Counted from the first letter of the stretch, positions 10,134-22,504 are shown. The stretch: DNA of 64,000 bases from an uncultured Planctomycetaceae bacterium (GCA_963787355.1 CAWBCP010000008.1:16065-80064), one strand, 5' to 3'. Notes: generated by a model not told the origin, from the sequence alone. Made by a program: numbers and translations.

Positions 10134-10312
10134 CCCAGGGCGACGCCCTGGGTCGCAGGTCGTCGCGATCGGCAGTCGATGCCCTGAAGGGGCGAACACA
10201 AGCGAGCGCCGGTATCGGTGTTGCGCCCTTGCAGGGCTGCGATGGCACGCGGGACGGCTCATTTCACCCAGGGCGTTGCCCTGGGCTGACATGTGTGACG
10301 CCTGCGGCGTCG
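10134..10312. repeat. Structured intergenic element: CCCAGGGCG-N-CGCCCTGGG hairpins flanking a roughly 57-nt hairpin
   Basis: Hairpins at 10134-10152, 10181-10237, 10267-10285 and 10298-10312, read directly. Confidence 0.6.
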
Positions 10313-10365
10313 GAGCGAAGAATATCTGTCCCGCCGAATCGCTTTGTTCCTCAATGACGGGCGCA

Positions 10366-10394
10366 CACTGCTGGACAAGCCGGCAGCGGCACAC
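10366..10394. repeat. REP-like hairpin module
   Basis: CACTGCTGGACAAGCCGGCAGCGGCACAC. Confidence 0.7.
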
Positions 10395-10429
10395 GATGTC
10401 GGCGTGCGCTCCCTTGGAAGGGGCATCGG

Positions 10430-10816
10430 CTAGCACGTGCGCGGCGTGGCGGCGCGGCCTAAGACGGCTTCGCTGCGATCGGCAAACGCGTGCAAGCGCC
10501 CGTCGACGTCGTAGCGGGCCAGGGCTTGTCGAGCGGCGGGCGACAGGCCGCACAGCCGCAGCAAGCCTTCGGCGGCTGCAATCCGCGCTTCCACGGCCAA
10601 CAGCTCGTCGACCATGCGAACGTCGATGTCCGGCATCTCGTCGAGCTCGAGCACCAGCCGGTTGGTGAAGTTCTGCTCGAGCAGGGCCCAGACTTGATCG
10701 GCCAGCGGCTTGGGACCGGACGCTTCGAGATCAGCTTGCCGCGGGCAGACGAATAGCCAGGCGGGACCGCGTTCGACTTCGAAATCCCAATGACGCGCAG
10801 TCGATACGAGAACCAT
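10430..10816 (-). CDS. STAS-domain protein (anti-sigma-factor antagonist-like)
   Basis: Intact 128-aa ORF. NRLVLELDEMPDIDVRMVDELLAVE...LRLCGLSPAARQALA resembles SpoIIAA-type STAS proteins. Confidence 0.55.
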   Translation of the reverse strand: MVLVSTARHWDFEVERGPAWLFVCPRQADLEASGPKPLADQVWALLEQNFTNRLVLELDEMPDIDVRMVDELLAVEARIAAAEGLLRLCGLSPAARQALARYDVDGRLHAFADRSEAVLGRAATPRTC

Positions 10817-11063
10817 GGAACGCCGCTCCGTCAGGCGTGTAAAGATGTCCGCCTAAGATGCCGCCTATTGCACCCGAGGTTGGGGGGCGCGAGCCGTCGA
10901 AGCGTGGGCTCGCGCAACTTGTGCATCATAATGCCTGGCATCAAACTGGCAAGCTCGCGGCGCGAAAAATGGCCGCCGAGGGGCCCCTTGATCGCTCGCC
11001 GCGCGGGCCCGATACTTAGCGGACTCGACATCGATCCGATGCTATCACTCGAAAGGAACTCCC

Positions 11064-11585
11064 ATGTCGCGCTCCGGAGCGGTTACGTTCAAAGGTACCC
11101 CGATGACGCTGGCCGGCAATGCCGTCAGCGCGGGCCAGCAGGCTCCCGATTTCAAGTTGCGTAGTTTCGGCAAGGAAGGGCTGACCGCCACCACTCCGGC
11201 CGACTTGAAGGGCAAGCCCACGCTGATCAGCGTCGTGCCTTCGCTCGACACCCCGGTCTGCCAGGTTCAGACCAAGAAGTTCAACCAGGAACTGTCCGCG
11301 CTGGGCGATCGGATCAACGCGGTGACGGTCAGCCTCGACCTGCCGTTTGCCATGAACCGCTTTTGCGGGGCCGAAGAGATCAAGAACATGCGGTCGTTGA
11401 GCGACTATTTCGACAAGAGCTTCGGCCGCAACTGGGGCATGCTCATCGAAGAGCTGCAGATCCTGGCCCGCGGCGTGTTCGTGCTCGACAAAGATGGCAA
11501 GGTCGTGTACGCCGAGCAGGTCAAGGAAGTCGCTCAGGAACCGAATTACGAAGCGGCGATCGGCGCGCTGAAGGGAAACCTGTAA
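11064..11585 (+). CDS. tpx: Thiol peroxidase (atypical 2-Cys peroxiredoxin)
   Basis: Intact ORF. Peroxidatic Cys in PSLDTPVCQ and resolving Cys in RFCGAE. Confidence 0.9.
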   Translation: MSRSGAVTFKGTPMTLAGNAVSAGQQAPDFKLRSFGKEGLTATTPADLKGKPTLISVVPSLDTPVCQVQTKKFNQELSALGDRINAVTVSLDLPFAMNRFCGAEEIKNMRSLSDYFDKSFGRNWGMLIEELQILARGVFVLDKDGKVVYAEQVKEVAQEPNYEAAIGALKGNL

Positions 11586-11705
11586 TCGCCCGCGCTTGCG
11601 CGGATTCGTGCCAGGCCGCGAAGCGTGCGCCGGCGACCCGATTGACCGACGCGCGCGCTTAGCGGACCGGCAGAGTCCGCCGCTGGACGCTTTCTTCGCG
11701 CGCGA

Positions 11706-13163
<1,458 letters not shown>

Positions 13164-13171
<8 letters not shown>

Positions 13172-14548
13172 GGGCAGGCTGTCGACGATCGAGTGCGGCA
13201 CGGCCAGGCGCAGCGGCCAGCGCGTCGATTTCGTGCCGGGTCCGCTTCTCGGTGACGGCCACGAGGAAGCAGTCGGCCAGTTCGGGATACCAGCGGCCCA
13301 GCGGCACGCCGGCCAGGAAGCCCGCGTCGCAGGCCGTCGGCCAGCAGCTCGCTCGACGTCGGCCCTGCGCGGTCGCGGACGACGAACTCCTTGAAGATCG
13401 GCTGCCGGAAGGCCAGCTCGAAGCGGCGCGTCGCGTCGCAGAGTCGCTCGGCGGCGTAGTGCGACTTTCGCAGGCACAGCTCGGCCGTCTCGCGCAGGCC
13501 TTGCGGCCCGAGCGCGGCCAGGTAGACGGTCGCCCGCAGGGCGAACAGGCCCTGGTTGGTGCAGATGTTGCTCGTGGCCTTTTCGCGGCGGATGTGCTGT
13601 TCGCGGGTTTGCAGCGTGAGCACCCAGCAGCGCTTGCCGCGGCGGTCGACCGTCTGGCCGGCGATGCGGCCCGGCATGCGGCGCACGAACTGCTCGCGGC
13701 AGGCCATGATGCCCAGGTACGGCCCGCCGAACGCATCGGGCTGCCCAGCGATTGGCCTTCGGCCACCACGATGTCGGCACCGTAGTCGCCAGGACGCTTC
13801 GAGCAGCCCCAGGCTGATCGGGTCGACCGCCACGATCGACCAGCGCTCCGGCGTCGTGGGCGATCTGGCCACGAGCTGCGTCGACGTCTTCCAGGCAGCC
13901 GAAGAAGTTCGGATGCTGCACCAGCACGCAGGCCGTGTCGGTCGTCGACGGCGGCGGCCAGGTCTTGCGGTCGAGACGGCCCCGCGGGCGCGGCGACGGT
14001 GACCAGTTCGGTGTCGAGGTTCGCCAGGTACGTGGCCAGGATCTGGCGGTATTCGGGATGCACGCTGCCGGCGACGACGACGCGGCCGTGGCGGCCGGTG
14101 GCAGCTGATGGCCATCAGCACGGCTTCGGCCGCGGCGCTGCCGCCGTCGTACAGGCTGGCGTTCGAGACGTCCATGCCGGTCAGCTGGGAGATCAGCGTC
14201 TGGTACTCGAAGACGCCTGCAGGTTGCCCTGGCTCACTTCGGCCTGGTAGGGCGTGTACGAGGTGTAGAACTCGCCGCGCGCGGCGATGGCGTCGACCAC
14301 CGCGGGAATGAAGTGGTCGTAGCTGCCGCCGCCGAGGAAGCAGACTTTCGCCCCGGCCGGGCATTCCTGGCCGCCAGGTCTGCCAGGTGCGGCCGTCAGC
14401 TCCATCTCGCCCAGCGCCGGCGGAATCGCCAGCGGGCGCTGGAGCCGCAGTTCGGCGGGCACCGAGGCGAACAGCTCGTCGATCGAGCCGACGCCGATCG
14501 CCTCGAGCATCGCCTGCTGATCTTCTGGTGTGTTGGAAAGTACGGCAT
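13164..14548 (-). CDS. gcvPA: Glycine dehydrogenase (decarboxylating) subunit 1 (several frame breaks)
   Basis: Recognisable segments: NTPEDQQAMLEAIGV, FLGGGSYDHFIPAVVD, TPYQAEVSQG, ATSNICTNQ, spread over ORFs 14193-14630, 12730-14364, 13013-13927 and 13164-14063. Confidence 0.85.
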
Positions 14549-14554
14549 CGTGCG

Positions 14555-14951
14555 TTAGTGTTCTTCTTCGGCGAACTGCTTCTGATAGGCCTGGTAGTCC
14601 AACAGGTTTTTCAATCGCTTCGTCGCTCAAGCGAACCTTGACGATCCAGCCCTCGCCGTAGGGGTCGTCGTGCAGCAGTTCGAGCTTGTTGGAAGCCGCC
14701 GTTGATGTCGACCACCTCGCCAGCGACGGGGCTGTACAGATCGCTGACGGCTTTGACCGATTCGATTTCGCCGAACGATTCGCCGGCTTTCACCTGGCGC
14801 CCCACCTCGGGCAGCTCGAGGAACACCAGGTCGGTCAGCGCCTCGACGGCGAAGTGCGAGATGCCGACAGTGGCGACTTCTGGCCCGCGCTGTCGTGGTC
14901 GACGTGAACCCACTCGTGGGTTTTGGCATAGAAGAGTTCTTGCGGCTGCAC
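14555..14951 (-). CDS. gcvH: Glycine cleavage system H protein (at least 2 frame breaks)
   Basis: GTG after [17 protein letters not shown], lipoyl-lysine motif [15 protein letters not shown], and C-terminus [15 protein letters not shown]. Confidence 0.8.
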
Positions 14952-14966
14952 GGCTGGTGTCCCTCG

Positions 14967-16094
14967 TTAGGGTTTGGCTGTTTTGGGGCGGCGATAAAAC
15001 GGCAGCGCGACGCTGGTGGCCGGCACGAGCGTGCCGCGGACGTCGATCTGAAAGGGGTTGCCCGCGGCAGCCAGCTGGGGCTCGACATAGCCCATGGCGA
15101 TCGGCCGATCGAGCGTGGGCGAGAGGGTGCCGCTGGTGACGCGGCCGACTTGGCGAGCGTCGGCGAGCACGCGGTAGCCTTCGCGAGCGGACGCGGCGGC
15201 CTTCATTTGCCAGCCGATGCGGCGCGGTCGGTCGGTTGCCTCGCGCAGCTTCACGAGCGCGTCGCGGCCGGGAAAGTCGCGGCCCTCGAGATCGACGGCA
15301 AAGCCGAGGCCGGCCTGGAAAGGATCGATCGATTCGTCGAGCTCGTGGCCGTAGAGCGGCATGGCGGCTTCGAGCCGCAGCGTGTCGCGCGCCCGAGCCC
15401 GGCGGCCATCCCGCCACGGCCTTCGGCAGCCATCATCAGTTTTTGCCACACTTCCTGGGCCGCATCGGCCGTCACGACCAGCTCGCAGCCGTCTTCGCCC
15501 GTGTAGCCGGTGCGGCTGATGAGCACGGAACAGTCGCCCGATTGGGCCTCGGCGGCGTGATAGTAGCGCAGCGATTGCGGATCGACCGACACCAGCGGCG
15601 CCACGATCTCGAAGCGCCCGCGGGCCTTGCACGGCGATCATGGCGGTGTGGAGCGTGACGTCAAATACTTCGGCATCGAACGGGCCGCTGTGCGCGACGA
15701 TCCAGTCCCAGATCTTCTGGCGGTTGCTGGCGTTGACGACGAGGCGGTAAAGTTCGTCGCCGTCGGAAGCATTCGGCAGCCGATAGACGAGGACGTCGTC
15801 GAGAATGCCGCCGGCTTCGTTGGTGATGAGCGAGTAGCGGACCTGACCGGGCCGTATGCCGGCGACGCGACGCGTCAGCAGCGCCTCGAGCAGGCGGCCG
15901 CCGCCGGAGCCGACGAAGGAAAAGCGGCCCATGTGCGAGACGTCGAACAGGGCGACGGCCGCGCGGCAGGCGCGGTGTTCGGCCACGATCGAGCTGTATT
16001 GGACCGGCATCGACCAGCCGGCAAAGTCGACCATCCGCCCGCCATGCGCGACGTGCCACGAGTGGAGCGGGGTTTCGGCCAGCGTGCTGGTCAT
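14967..16094 (-). CDS. gcvT: Aminomethyltransferase (glycine cleavage T protein); 2 frame breaks between about 15420 and 15630
   Basis: [44 protein letters not shown] (in ORF 15251-15604), [13 protein letters not shown]. Confidence 0.85.
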   Translation of the reverse strand: MTSTLAETPLHSWHVAHGGRMVDFAGWSMPVQYSSIVAEHRACRAAVALFDVSHMGRFSFVGSGGGRLLEALLTRRVAGIRPGQVRYSLITNEAGGILDDVLVYRLPNASDGDELYRLVVNASNRQKIWDWIVAHSGPFDAEVFDVTLHTAMIAVQGPRALRDRGAAGVGRSAIAALLSRRRGPIGRLFRAHQPHRLHGRRRLRAGRDGRCGPGSVAKTDDGCRRPWRDGRRARARDTLRLEAAMPLYGHELDESIDPFQAGLGFAVDLEGRDFPGRDALVKLREATDRPRRIGWQMKAAASAREGYRVLADARQVGRVTSGTLSPTLDRPIAMGYVEPQLAAAGNPFQIDVRGTLVPATSVALPFYRRPKTAKP

Positions 16095-16251
16095 CCGGGT
16101 AGGGTCCCCGAAGAAATACGAGGGCGCTCGCCCCTTAAGGATCGTACGATCCGATCGGCGTTCGAGAGCCAACGAGATGCCAAGGAAGCAAACGACAACG
16201 GTATTGTAGCGGCGCGGGGAATCCTTGCCAGGGGTTGGGCGTTGAGAGGCA

Positions 16252-16380
16252 CGGCTGGACAAGCCAGCGGTGGCACCCTGCGCCGTCAACCGTGGCATTC
16301 TCGGGTGGCACTGGCATCTCTTGCCAGTGCGGCGCATACCGTGGTGGTGAAACCATGCACTGGCGAGACGCCGGTGTCAC
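16252..16380. repeat. Cluster of three REP-like hairpin modules (paralogous to part of 61060-61224)
   Basis: CGGCTGGACAAGCCAGCGGTGGCACCC; GGGTGGCACTGGCATCTCTTGCCAGTGC; GCACTGGCGAGACGCCGGTGTCAC. Confidence 0.7.
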
Positions 16381-16396
16381 GACAAACGTGAGCAAG

Positions 16397-18675
16397 CTAA
16401 TTGCGGCGCTTGGATTTGCCCTTGCCCTTGGTACGCGATTTTTTCGTCGCGCGGGCTTCGGCCCGTTGCTGCTTCGACTTGCGATCCTTTTTCGTCATGG
16501 GCGGGCGCGGACGACGCTCGGCGACGCGGGCCACGATGCGCAGATCGAGCTCGCGGCGGTCGACGTCGACGCGGGCCACCACCACGCGCACGCTGTCGCC
16601 CAGGCGATAACGGTTGCCGGAGCGATAGCCGCTCAAGGTGTGCGAGGCGCGATCGAAGCGATAGAAATCGTCGGCCAGCGATGAAACGTGCACCAGGCCT
16701 TCGGCCGGCAGCTCGGTGCCTTGCACGAACAGGCCGAACTCCTCGACGCCGGTGACGACCGCTTCGAGCTCGAGCCCGACGCGCGAGCTGAGGTAGTCGA
16801 GCAGCTTGACCTTGACCAGCTCGCGCTCGGCGTCCTCGCTGCGGCGCTCGCGGTCGGAACAGTGTTCGCCGAGGACGGCCAGCTCGCCGAAATCGTTGCG
16901 CGGCTTCTTGCCTTTCAACAGCGCGTCGAAGAGGCGGTGGATCGTCAGGTCGGGATAGCGGCGGATCGGCGAGGTGAAGTGCGTGTAGCACTCGCTGGCC
17001 AGCGCGTAGTGGCCTTCTTCCTCGGGGCTGTAGACGGCCCGTTGCAGGCTGCGCAACAGCGAGTAGTTGACGGCCCGCTGTTCGGGTTTGCCGGCCACGT
17101 CGGCCAGCAGTTTTTGCAGCTCGAAGCGGCTTTCGAGGCTCTCGATCTTGAAGCCCAGCCCGGCGACGAACTCGGTGAGGGCCTTGAGCTTTCGCGGGTC
17201 GGGGGCCTGGTGGACGCGGCGAAGGGACTTGAGGCCGGCCTCGTGCAACAGCTCGGCCACGGCCTCGTTGGCCGCCAGCATGAAGTCCTCGATGATCCGG
17301 TGGCTCTCGGTGTTGACGACCAGGTGCGCGCCGCACACGCGGCCGTCGGAGTCGAGATCGATTTTCACCTCGGGCATGGTGAGCTCGAGCGCGCCGCGAC
17401 GAAACCGCCGGGCCCGCAAGATGGCGGCCAGCTCGCGCATGCGGCCCAACAGGTCGTGCACCGCCGGGTCGAGCTTCTTGCGCCAGGCGTCGGGGTCGGC
17501 CAGGTAGGAGTCGACCTCCTCGTAGGTGAAGCGGCGGTCGCTCTTGATGGCGGCCAAGACCGGCTCGGTGTCGACGCGCACGCCGTCGGGCGTGAACTCG
17601 AGGAACACGCTCTTGGTGTAGCGGACCCGCTCGGGCTGCAGGCTGGCCAGGCCGTTGGAAATGATCTCCGGCAGCATGGGGATCACGCGGTCGGGCAGAT
17701 AGGTGCTCGTGCCACGGGCCAGCGCCTCGCGGTCGAGGGCCGTCTTGGGCTGGACGAAGTGCGAGACGTCGGCAATGTGCACGCCCAGCCGCCAGTGGCC
17801 CTTGGCCGTGCGCTCGAGCGAAATCGCGTCGTCGAAGTCGCGAGCGTCGACCGGGTCGATCGTGACGGTGACCAGCCCGGTCAGGTCGCGGCGATCGTCG
17901 CCGATCGATTCGTCGAAGGCCTCGGCCTGGCGCCGGGCTTCTTCCTGGGCGTCGTCGGCGAACTCGCCCGGCAAGTCGTACTCGCGAATGATCGACAGCG
18001 TATCGACGCCCGGCTTGCCGCGGGGGCCGAGCACTTCGGTGACCACCCCCTCGCCGTCGTGCGCGTGGGTGGGAAAGCGGACCATCTCGATGACGACCTT
18101 GTCGTCGCGCCGCGCGTTCTTGGCGGCGGGGTCGCCCAGCAGGATCGGGCGGGCGAAAGGCATGCCGTCGATGCGGACGTAGGCCTGGCCGCCCTGCTCG
18201 AAATAGGTGCCGACGAACTGGTGGGTTTCGCGCTCGATGATCTCGATGATCTCGCCCTCGGGATTGGGGCGGCGCGATTCGGTTTTTTTCTTCAGCCGCA
18301 CGAGCACGGTGTCGCCGGTGGCGGCGTCGAGCGTGTCGTGGGCGGCGATGAAGATGTCTTTGGTGCGATCGGCGCCGGCGCGCTGCCGGCGGGGCGCACG
18401 AAGCCGAAGCCGGCCTCGGCGCGGCGGAACACGCCGGTGACCCGATAGCCGCCGCCCGCGGCGCCGCCGTCGTGGGCAGCCGGGGGGCCGACGAGGTGGT
18501 TGGCCCCGTAGAGGAGCAGCCCTTTCTTCACGAGCTGCTTGATGGCCCGCTTCAGATCGCGGTGGTCGTCCTCGGTCAGTTCGAGCCGCTTGGCGAGCAC
18601 CCGGGGCTTGAGCGGTTTGTAGCCGGGTTCCTTGACCAGGTGCAGCAGGAGTTTTTCGATTTCTTCAACGCGCAT
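16397..18675 (-). CDS. rnr: Ribonuclease R (frame break(s) near 18300-18400)
   Basis: RNB motif IDPVDARDFDDAISLE, an S1 domain, and a Lys/Arg-rich tail. The N-terminus MRVEEIEKLLLHLV lies in ORF 18292-18675. Confidence 0.85.
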
Positions 18676-18751
18676 CGGGATGCGGACCTTTCAGAAGGAG
18701 GAGCACCGTGCCGCTTGTGGACTGATTACGCTCCTTCGTCGTGAGGGCGTT

Positions 18752-18808
18752 CATGCTGGCTTGGCCAGCAGTGCGGAAGCACGGTTGGGCAAGCCACCCG
18801 TGGCACCC
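18752..18808. repeat. Two REP-like hairpin modules
   Basis: CATGCTGGCTTGGCCAGCAGTGC and CACGGTTGGGCAAGCCACCCGTGGCACCC. Confidence 0.7.
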
Positions 18809-18854
18809 GACAGAATCCGGGCCGTCGTCGGTGCCAGCAGGACCGGTCGGCAAA

Positions 18855-19850
18855 CTAGCGAGATGAATTGCCGCGATGCGGATTGCCGGCGCCTCCCTTG
18901 TAGAGTTTGCGGCCCAGGGCGTGATGGAAGTTGGTCCAGCCGCTCTCGACGTTCGGATCGTCGCGCATGAGCTGGTCGAATGAATGAATCTTGGCGTCGA
19001 GATTGTCCAGATGGTGCAGCGCCACGGCCTCGAGCGTCATCGGCAATTTCGGGCTGCCGTATTCGTACTGGCCGTGGTGGCTGACGATCATGTGCTTCAG
19101 CCGCAGCACGAGCTCCTCGGGCATGGCCTCGCCCGAGAGGCGTTCGGCTTCCTTGAGTTTCTTTTCGAGGATACCGACGGCCATGACGACGTGTCCGATG
19201 AGCTGGCCTTCGTCGGTGTAGGAGAAGTCGCGGTCGTAGGAGAGTTCGTCGACCTTGCCGACGTCGTGCAGGAAGGCGCCCATCAGCAGCGCGTCGGCGT
19301 TGATCGAGGGATAGAGCGGGGCGACGCGGACGATGAGCTCCATGAGGTTGACGATGTGCTCGATGAGCCCTCCGAGGTAGGCGTGGTGGTTCTTGATGCC
19401 GGCCGGGGCGCGGCTGAGCTTGCGCATGAACTCGTCGTCCATCAGGAAGCATTCGGCCAGGTTGAGCAGGTGCGGATCGCGAATCTTGCGGAGCATGGCG
19501 CTCAGGCGGCCGACGAACTCGTCGATTTCCTTCGAGCCGAGGATCAAGAAGTCGTCGAGATCCACCTCGCCCGAGGGGGCCTTGTGGATGCCGGTGGCGA
19601 TCAGTTGGATCGAGCCCTGAAAGAGCTGCGTGGTGCCTTCGACGCGGACGTAGTCGCCGTTGTCGAAGCCGCGGTAGTCCTGCTCGCTGGCGTTCCACAT
19701 GCGGGCGCCGATCGAGCCGCTGCGGTCGGACAGCTCGACTTGCAGATAGAGGTTGCCATTGCGGTTGGGGCGAAGTTGTTTTTCGGAGGCCAGGAAGATT
19801 TGATCGACCGATTCCTGGTGAGCCAATTGGCTAACGTAACGACGCGACAT
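18855..19850 (-). CDS. YhaM-like 3'-5' exoribonuclease (OB fold + HD domain)
   Basis: Intact 331-aa ORF. OB-fold N-terminus (LYLQVELSDRSGSIGARMW) and HD motifs (HHAYLGGLIEH, FLHDVGK, SHHGQYEYGSP). Confidence 0.75.
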   Translation of the reverse strand: MSRRYVSQLAHQESVDQIFLASEKQLRPNRNGNLYLQVELSDRSGSIGARMWNASEQDYRGFDNGDYVRVEGTTQLFQGSIQLIATGIHKAPSGEVDLDDFLILGSKEIDEFVGRLSAMLRKIRDPHLLNLAECFLMDDEFMRKLSRAPAGIKNHHAYLGGLIEHIVNLMELIVRVAPLYPSINADALLMGAFLHDVGKVDELSYDRDFSYTDEGQLIGHVVMAVGILEKKLKEAERLSGEAMPEELVLRLKHMIVSHHGQYEYGSPKLPMTLEAVALHHLDNLDAKIHSFDQLMRDDPNVESGWTNFHHALGRKLYKGGAGNPHRGNSSR

Positions 19851-20050
19851 TGAGGACTTTCTAAGTACGCCGAAGGGGCGTAGCGAGGGGCGGAATTGCC
19901 GTGGGAGAATCTAGTAGGATTTTAGGACGGCTGCGGGAGGGCTACAAGGGCCGCGCCGGGCCGGCACGCGTATTGCCGGCGAGGTTTAGCGCCGAATTCT
20001 CCGCCTGCTGACGCGTTCTGCACCTGCTTGTGTTGTCGCTTGCGTTCCCA

Positions 20051-20080
20051 TTGTCGATTTTCGGCCCGCTGGCATACAAT
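20051..20080 (+). promoter_or_regulatory. Candidate sigma-70-type promoter for proS (TTGTCG-18-TACAAT)
   Basis: Motifs read directly, 45 nt upstream of the proS ATG. No experimental support. Confidence 0.3.
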
Positions 20081-20125
20081 CGCGCTTTGTCCGTGAAACT
20101 GCCCGCGCCCTTGAAGGATCCCCGC

Positions 20126-21660
20126 ATGGCCAAGGCCCCGCAGACCGCGATCACGCCTACCCGCGCCGACGACTATCCCGAGTGGTACCAGCAGGTCGTC
20201 CGCGCGGGCGACCTGGCCGAACAGTCGGCCGTGCGCGGCTGCATGGTCATCAAGCCCTGGGGCTACGCGCTGTGGGAGAACATGCAGCGGTGCTCGACCG
20301 GATGTTCAAGGACACGGGGCACGTCAACGCCTACTTTCCGCTGTTCATCCCGCTGAGCTTCCTGGAGAAAGAGGCCGAGCACGTCGAGGGCTTTGCCAAG
20401 GAATGCGCGGTCGTGACGCACCATCGGCTCGAGGCCGGCCCCGATGGCAAGCTCGTGCCCACCGGCAAGCTGGAAGAGCCGCTCGTCGTGCGGCCCACCA
20501 GCGAAACGATCATCGGCGCCACCTATGCCAAGTGGGTCAAAAGCTATCGCGACCTGCCGATCCTGATCAACCAGTGGGCCAACGTCGTCCGCTGGGAGAT
20601 GCGGACGCGGCTTTTTCTGCGCACGACCGAGTTTCTCTGGCAGGAAGGGCACACGGCCCATGCCACGCGCGAGGAAGCCGAGGAAGAAACACGCAAGATG
20701 CTCGACGTCTACGCCACGTTCGCCGAGGATTACATGGCGATGCCGGTGATCCGCGGAGAAAAGACGGCCGGCGAGCGGTTTCCCGGCGCGGTGAACACTT
20801 ACAGCATCGAAGCCATGATGCAGGACCGCAAAGCCCTGCAGGCCGGCACGTCGCACTTTTTGGGCCAGAATTTCTCCAAGGCCCAGGAGATCAAGTTCCT
20901 TTCGGCCGAGGGCGCGAGGAATTCGCCTGGACGACCTCGTGGGGCGTGTCCACGCGGCTGGTCGGCGCTGGTGATGACGCACGGCGACGACGACGGGCTG
21001 GTGCTGCCGCCGCGGCTGGCGCCCGAGCACGTCGTCATCCTGCCGATCACCCGCAACGACGAGGAGCGCGGCCCGGTGCTCGAGTATTGCCAGAAGCTCA
21101 AGAGCGAGTTGGCGGCGCAAAAGTACGACGGTGCGCCGGTGCGAGTGATCGTCGACGAGCGCGATACGCCGCGGGCCGACAAGAAGTGGCAGCAAGTCAA
21201 GCGCGGCGTGCCGATCTTGATCGAGATCGGGCCGCGCGACATTGCGGGCGATACGCTGATGCCCAAGCGGCGTGACGAGGCGACCGGCGAAAAGAAACCG
21301 GCCGTGCCCCGCGGCCAGTTCGTGGCCACCGTGGCCGGCGAGCTGGCGGCGATGCAGCAAAACCTGTTCGACCGGGCGCTGGCCCATCGCGCGGCCCACA
21401 CGCGCACGATCACGTCGCTGGCCGACTTCGAAGCGTTCTTCACGCCCGCCAGCGGCGAAAAGCCGGAAATCCACGGCGGGTTCGCGATATGCCATTTCGT
21501 GGAGAGCAAGGAAACCGCCGAGATTCTTGGCAAGCTCAAAGTGACGATCCGCTGCATCCCGCAGGCCGACGAGCCGGGCTTCGAAGAGGCCGTGCCCGGT
21601 AAATGCGTCTTCACCGGCCAGGAAACGACCCAGCGAGCGGTGTTCGCCAAGGCGTATTAG
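20126..21660 (+). CDS. proS: Proline--tRNA ligase, archaeal/eukaryote-like type (about 3 frame breaks near 20285, 20915, 20960)
   Basis: [54 protein letters not shown] (alternative frame), and the C-terminal ...AVFAKAY ending in Tyr. Confidence 0.9.
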
Positions 21661-21708
21661 AATCGAAGGATGGACGGGAGTGCGGGCGCGCGTCTGCCCC
21701 CATTCGTC

Positions 21709-21912
21709 CTGTTTCTTCTGTCATACTCTTCCTTCGTGCCTTCGAGTCCTTCGTGCCTTCGTGTTTGAGTTTTACGTTTTCAACTCCAGGGGACGTGGCG
21801 CATTCGTCGGCGCCAGGCGCGGCGCGTCTTGAAGTTGAAAACGCATCAAGGAAGAACACAACGGCACGAAGGACACGAAGACACCAAGGACGAAGGCAGG
21901 AAGAGGAGCAGG
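21709..21912. repeat. About 200-bp imperfect palindrome, lower GC, rich in CCTTCGTG / CACGAAGG motifs
   Basis: Left arm 21709-21787 and right arm 21828-21912. Perfect 10-mers pair: CGTTTTCAAC with GTTGAAAACG, and CCTTCGTGCC with GGCACGAAGG. Confidence 0.65.
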
Positions 21913-21955
21913 AGTCCATGGGAATCGAATGAAGAAGGCTGGAGAGTGAGCGTGC

Positions 21956-22504
21956 ATGGGCGAGGTTGGGGCGGCCGATCGAGTGCTGTTGATTCTGGCG
22001 GCGTTCAGCCGGCACGAGGTGGCGCTCGATTGGGCCCTGGGGCGGGCCATCGAAGCCTGGGGGCCGGCGGCGCTGACTAGCCCGCGGTTCGATTTCCGCG
22101 AGACCGATTATTACGAGCCGACGATGGGCGCCGACATTCGCAAGACGTTCTGGGCGTTCGAGCGGCTGGTCGATCCGGGCGAATTGCCGCGGTTGAAGCT
22201 CGAAACGAACCGCTGGGAAGCGGAGTACGCGGCCGAGGCCGGACATGCCGAGCCGCGGCCGTTGAATCTCGACCCGGGCTACCTGACGGCAGCCAAGCTG
22301 GTGTTGGCCTCGACCAAGGATCATGCCCATCGTGTCTATCTTTCCGACGGCATTCATGCCGAGGTGACGTTGTTCTATAAAGACCGCCGCTGGCAGCATC
22401 GCGACTGGACGTTTCCCGACTACCGCCGCGACGACTACCAGCGATTCTTTTCCGAGTGCCGCGACTATCTGCGGCAGACGCAGCGCCAGGAGCGGCCCCG
22501 ATGA
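21956..22504 (+). CDS. DUF4416-family protein
   Basis: Intact 182-aa ORF. FDFRETDYYEPTMG...LNLDPGYL...KLVLASTKDHAHRVYL resembles DUF4416 as I remember it. The stop overlaps the next start (ATGA). Confidence 0.55.
   Translation: MGEVGAADRVLLILAAFSRHEVALDWALGRAIEAWGPAALTSPRFDFRETDYYEPTMGADIRKTFWAFERLVDPGELPRLKLETNRWEAEYAAEAGHAEPRPLNLDPGYLTAAKLVLASTKDHAHRVYLSDGIHAEVTLFYKDRRWQHRDWTFPDYRRDDYQRFFSECRDYLRQTQRQERPR

Noticed and set aside
16095-16251. Glycine riboswitch expected upstream of gcvT
   Set aside because: I read the leader of about 110 nt on the minus strand. I could not find the conserved GGAGAG, ACCGAAGGGGCAA or CTCAGGCAAAAGGAC cores. A covariance-model scan would be needed to exclude a divergent aptamer.
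16688-18448. 586-aa plus-strand ORF
   Set aside because: It lies antisense to the clearly recognisable RNase R gene. The composition is a low-complexity Ala/Gly/Arg/Val high-GC shadow frame with no motifs.
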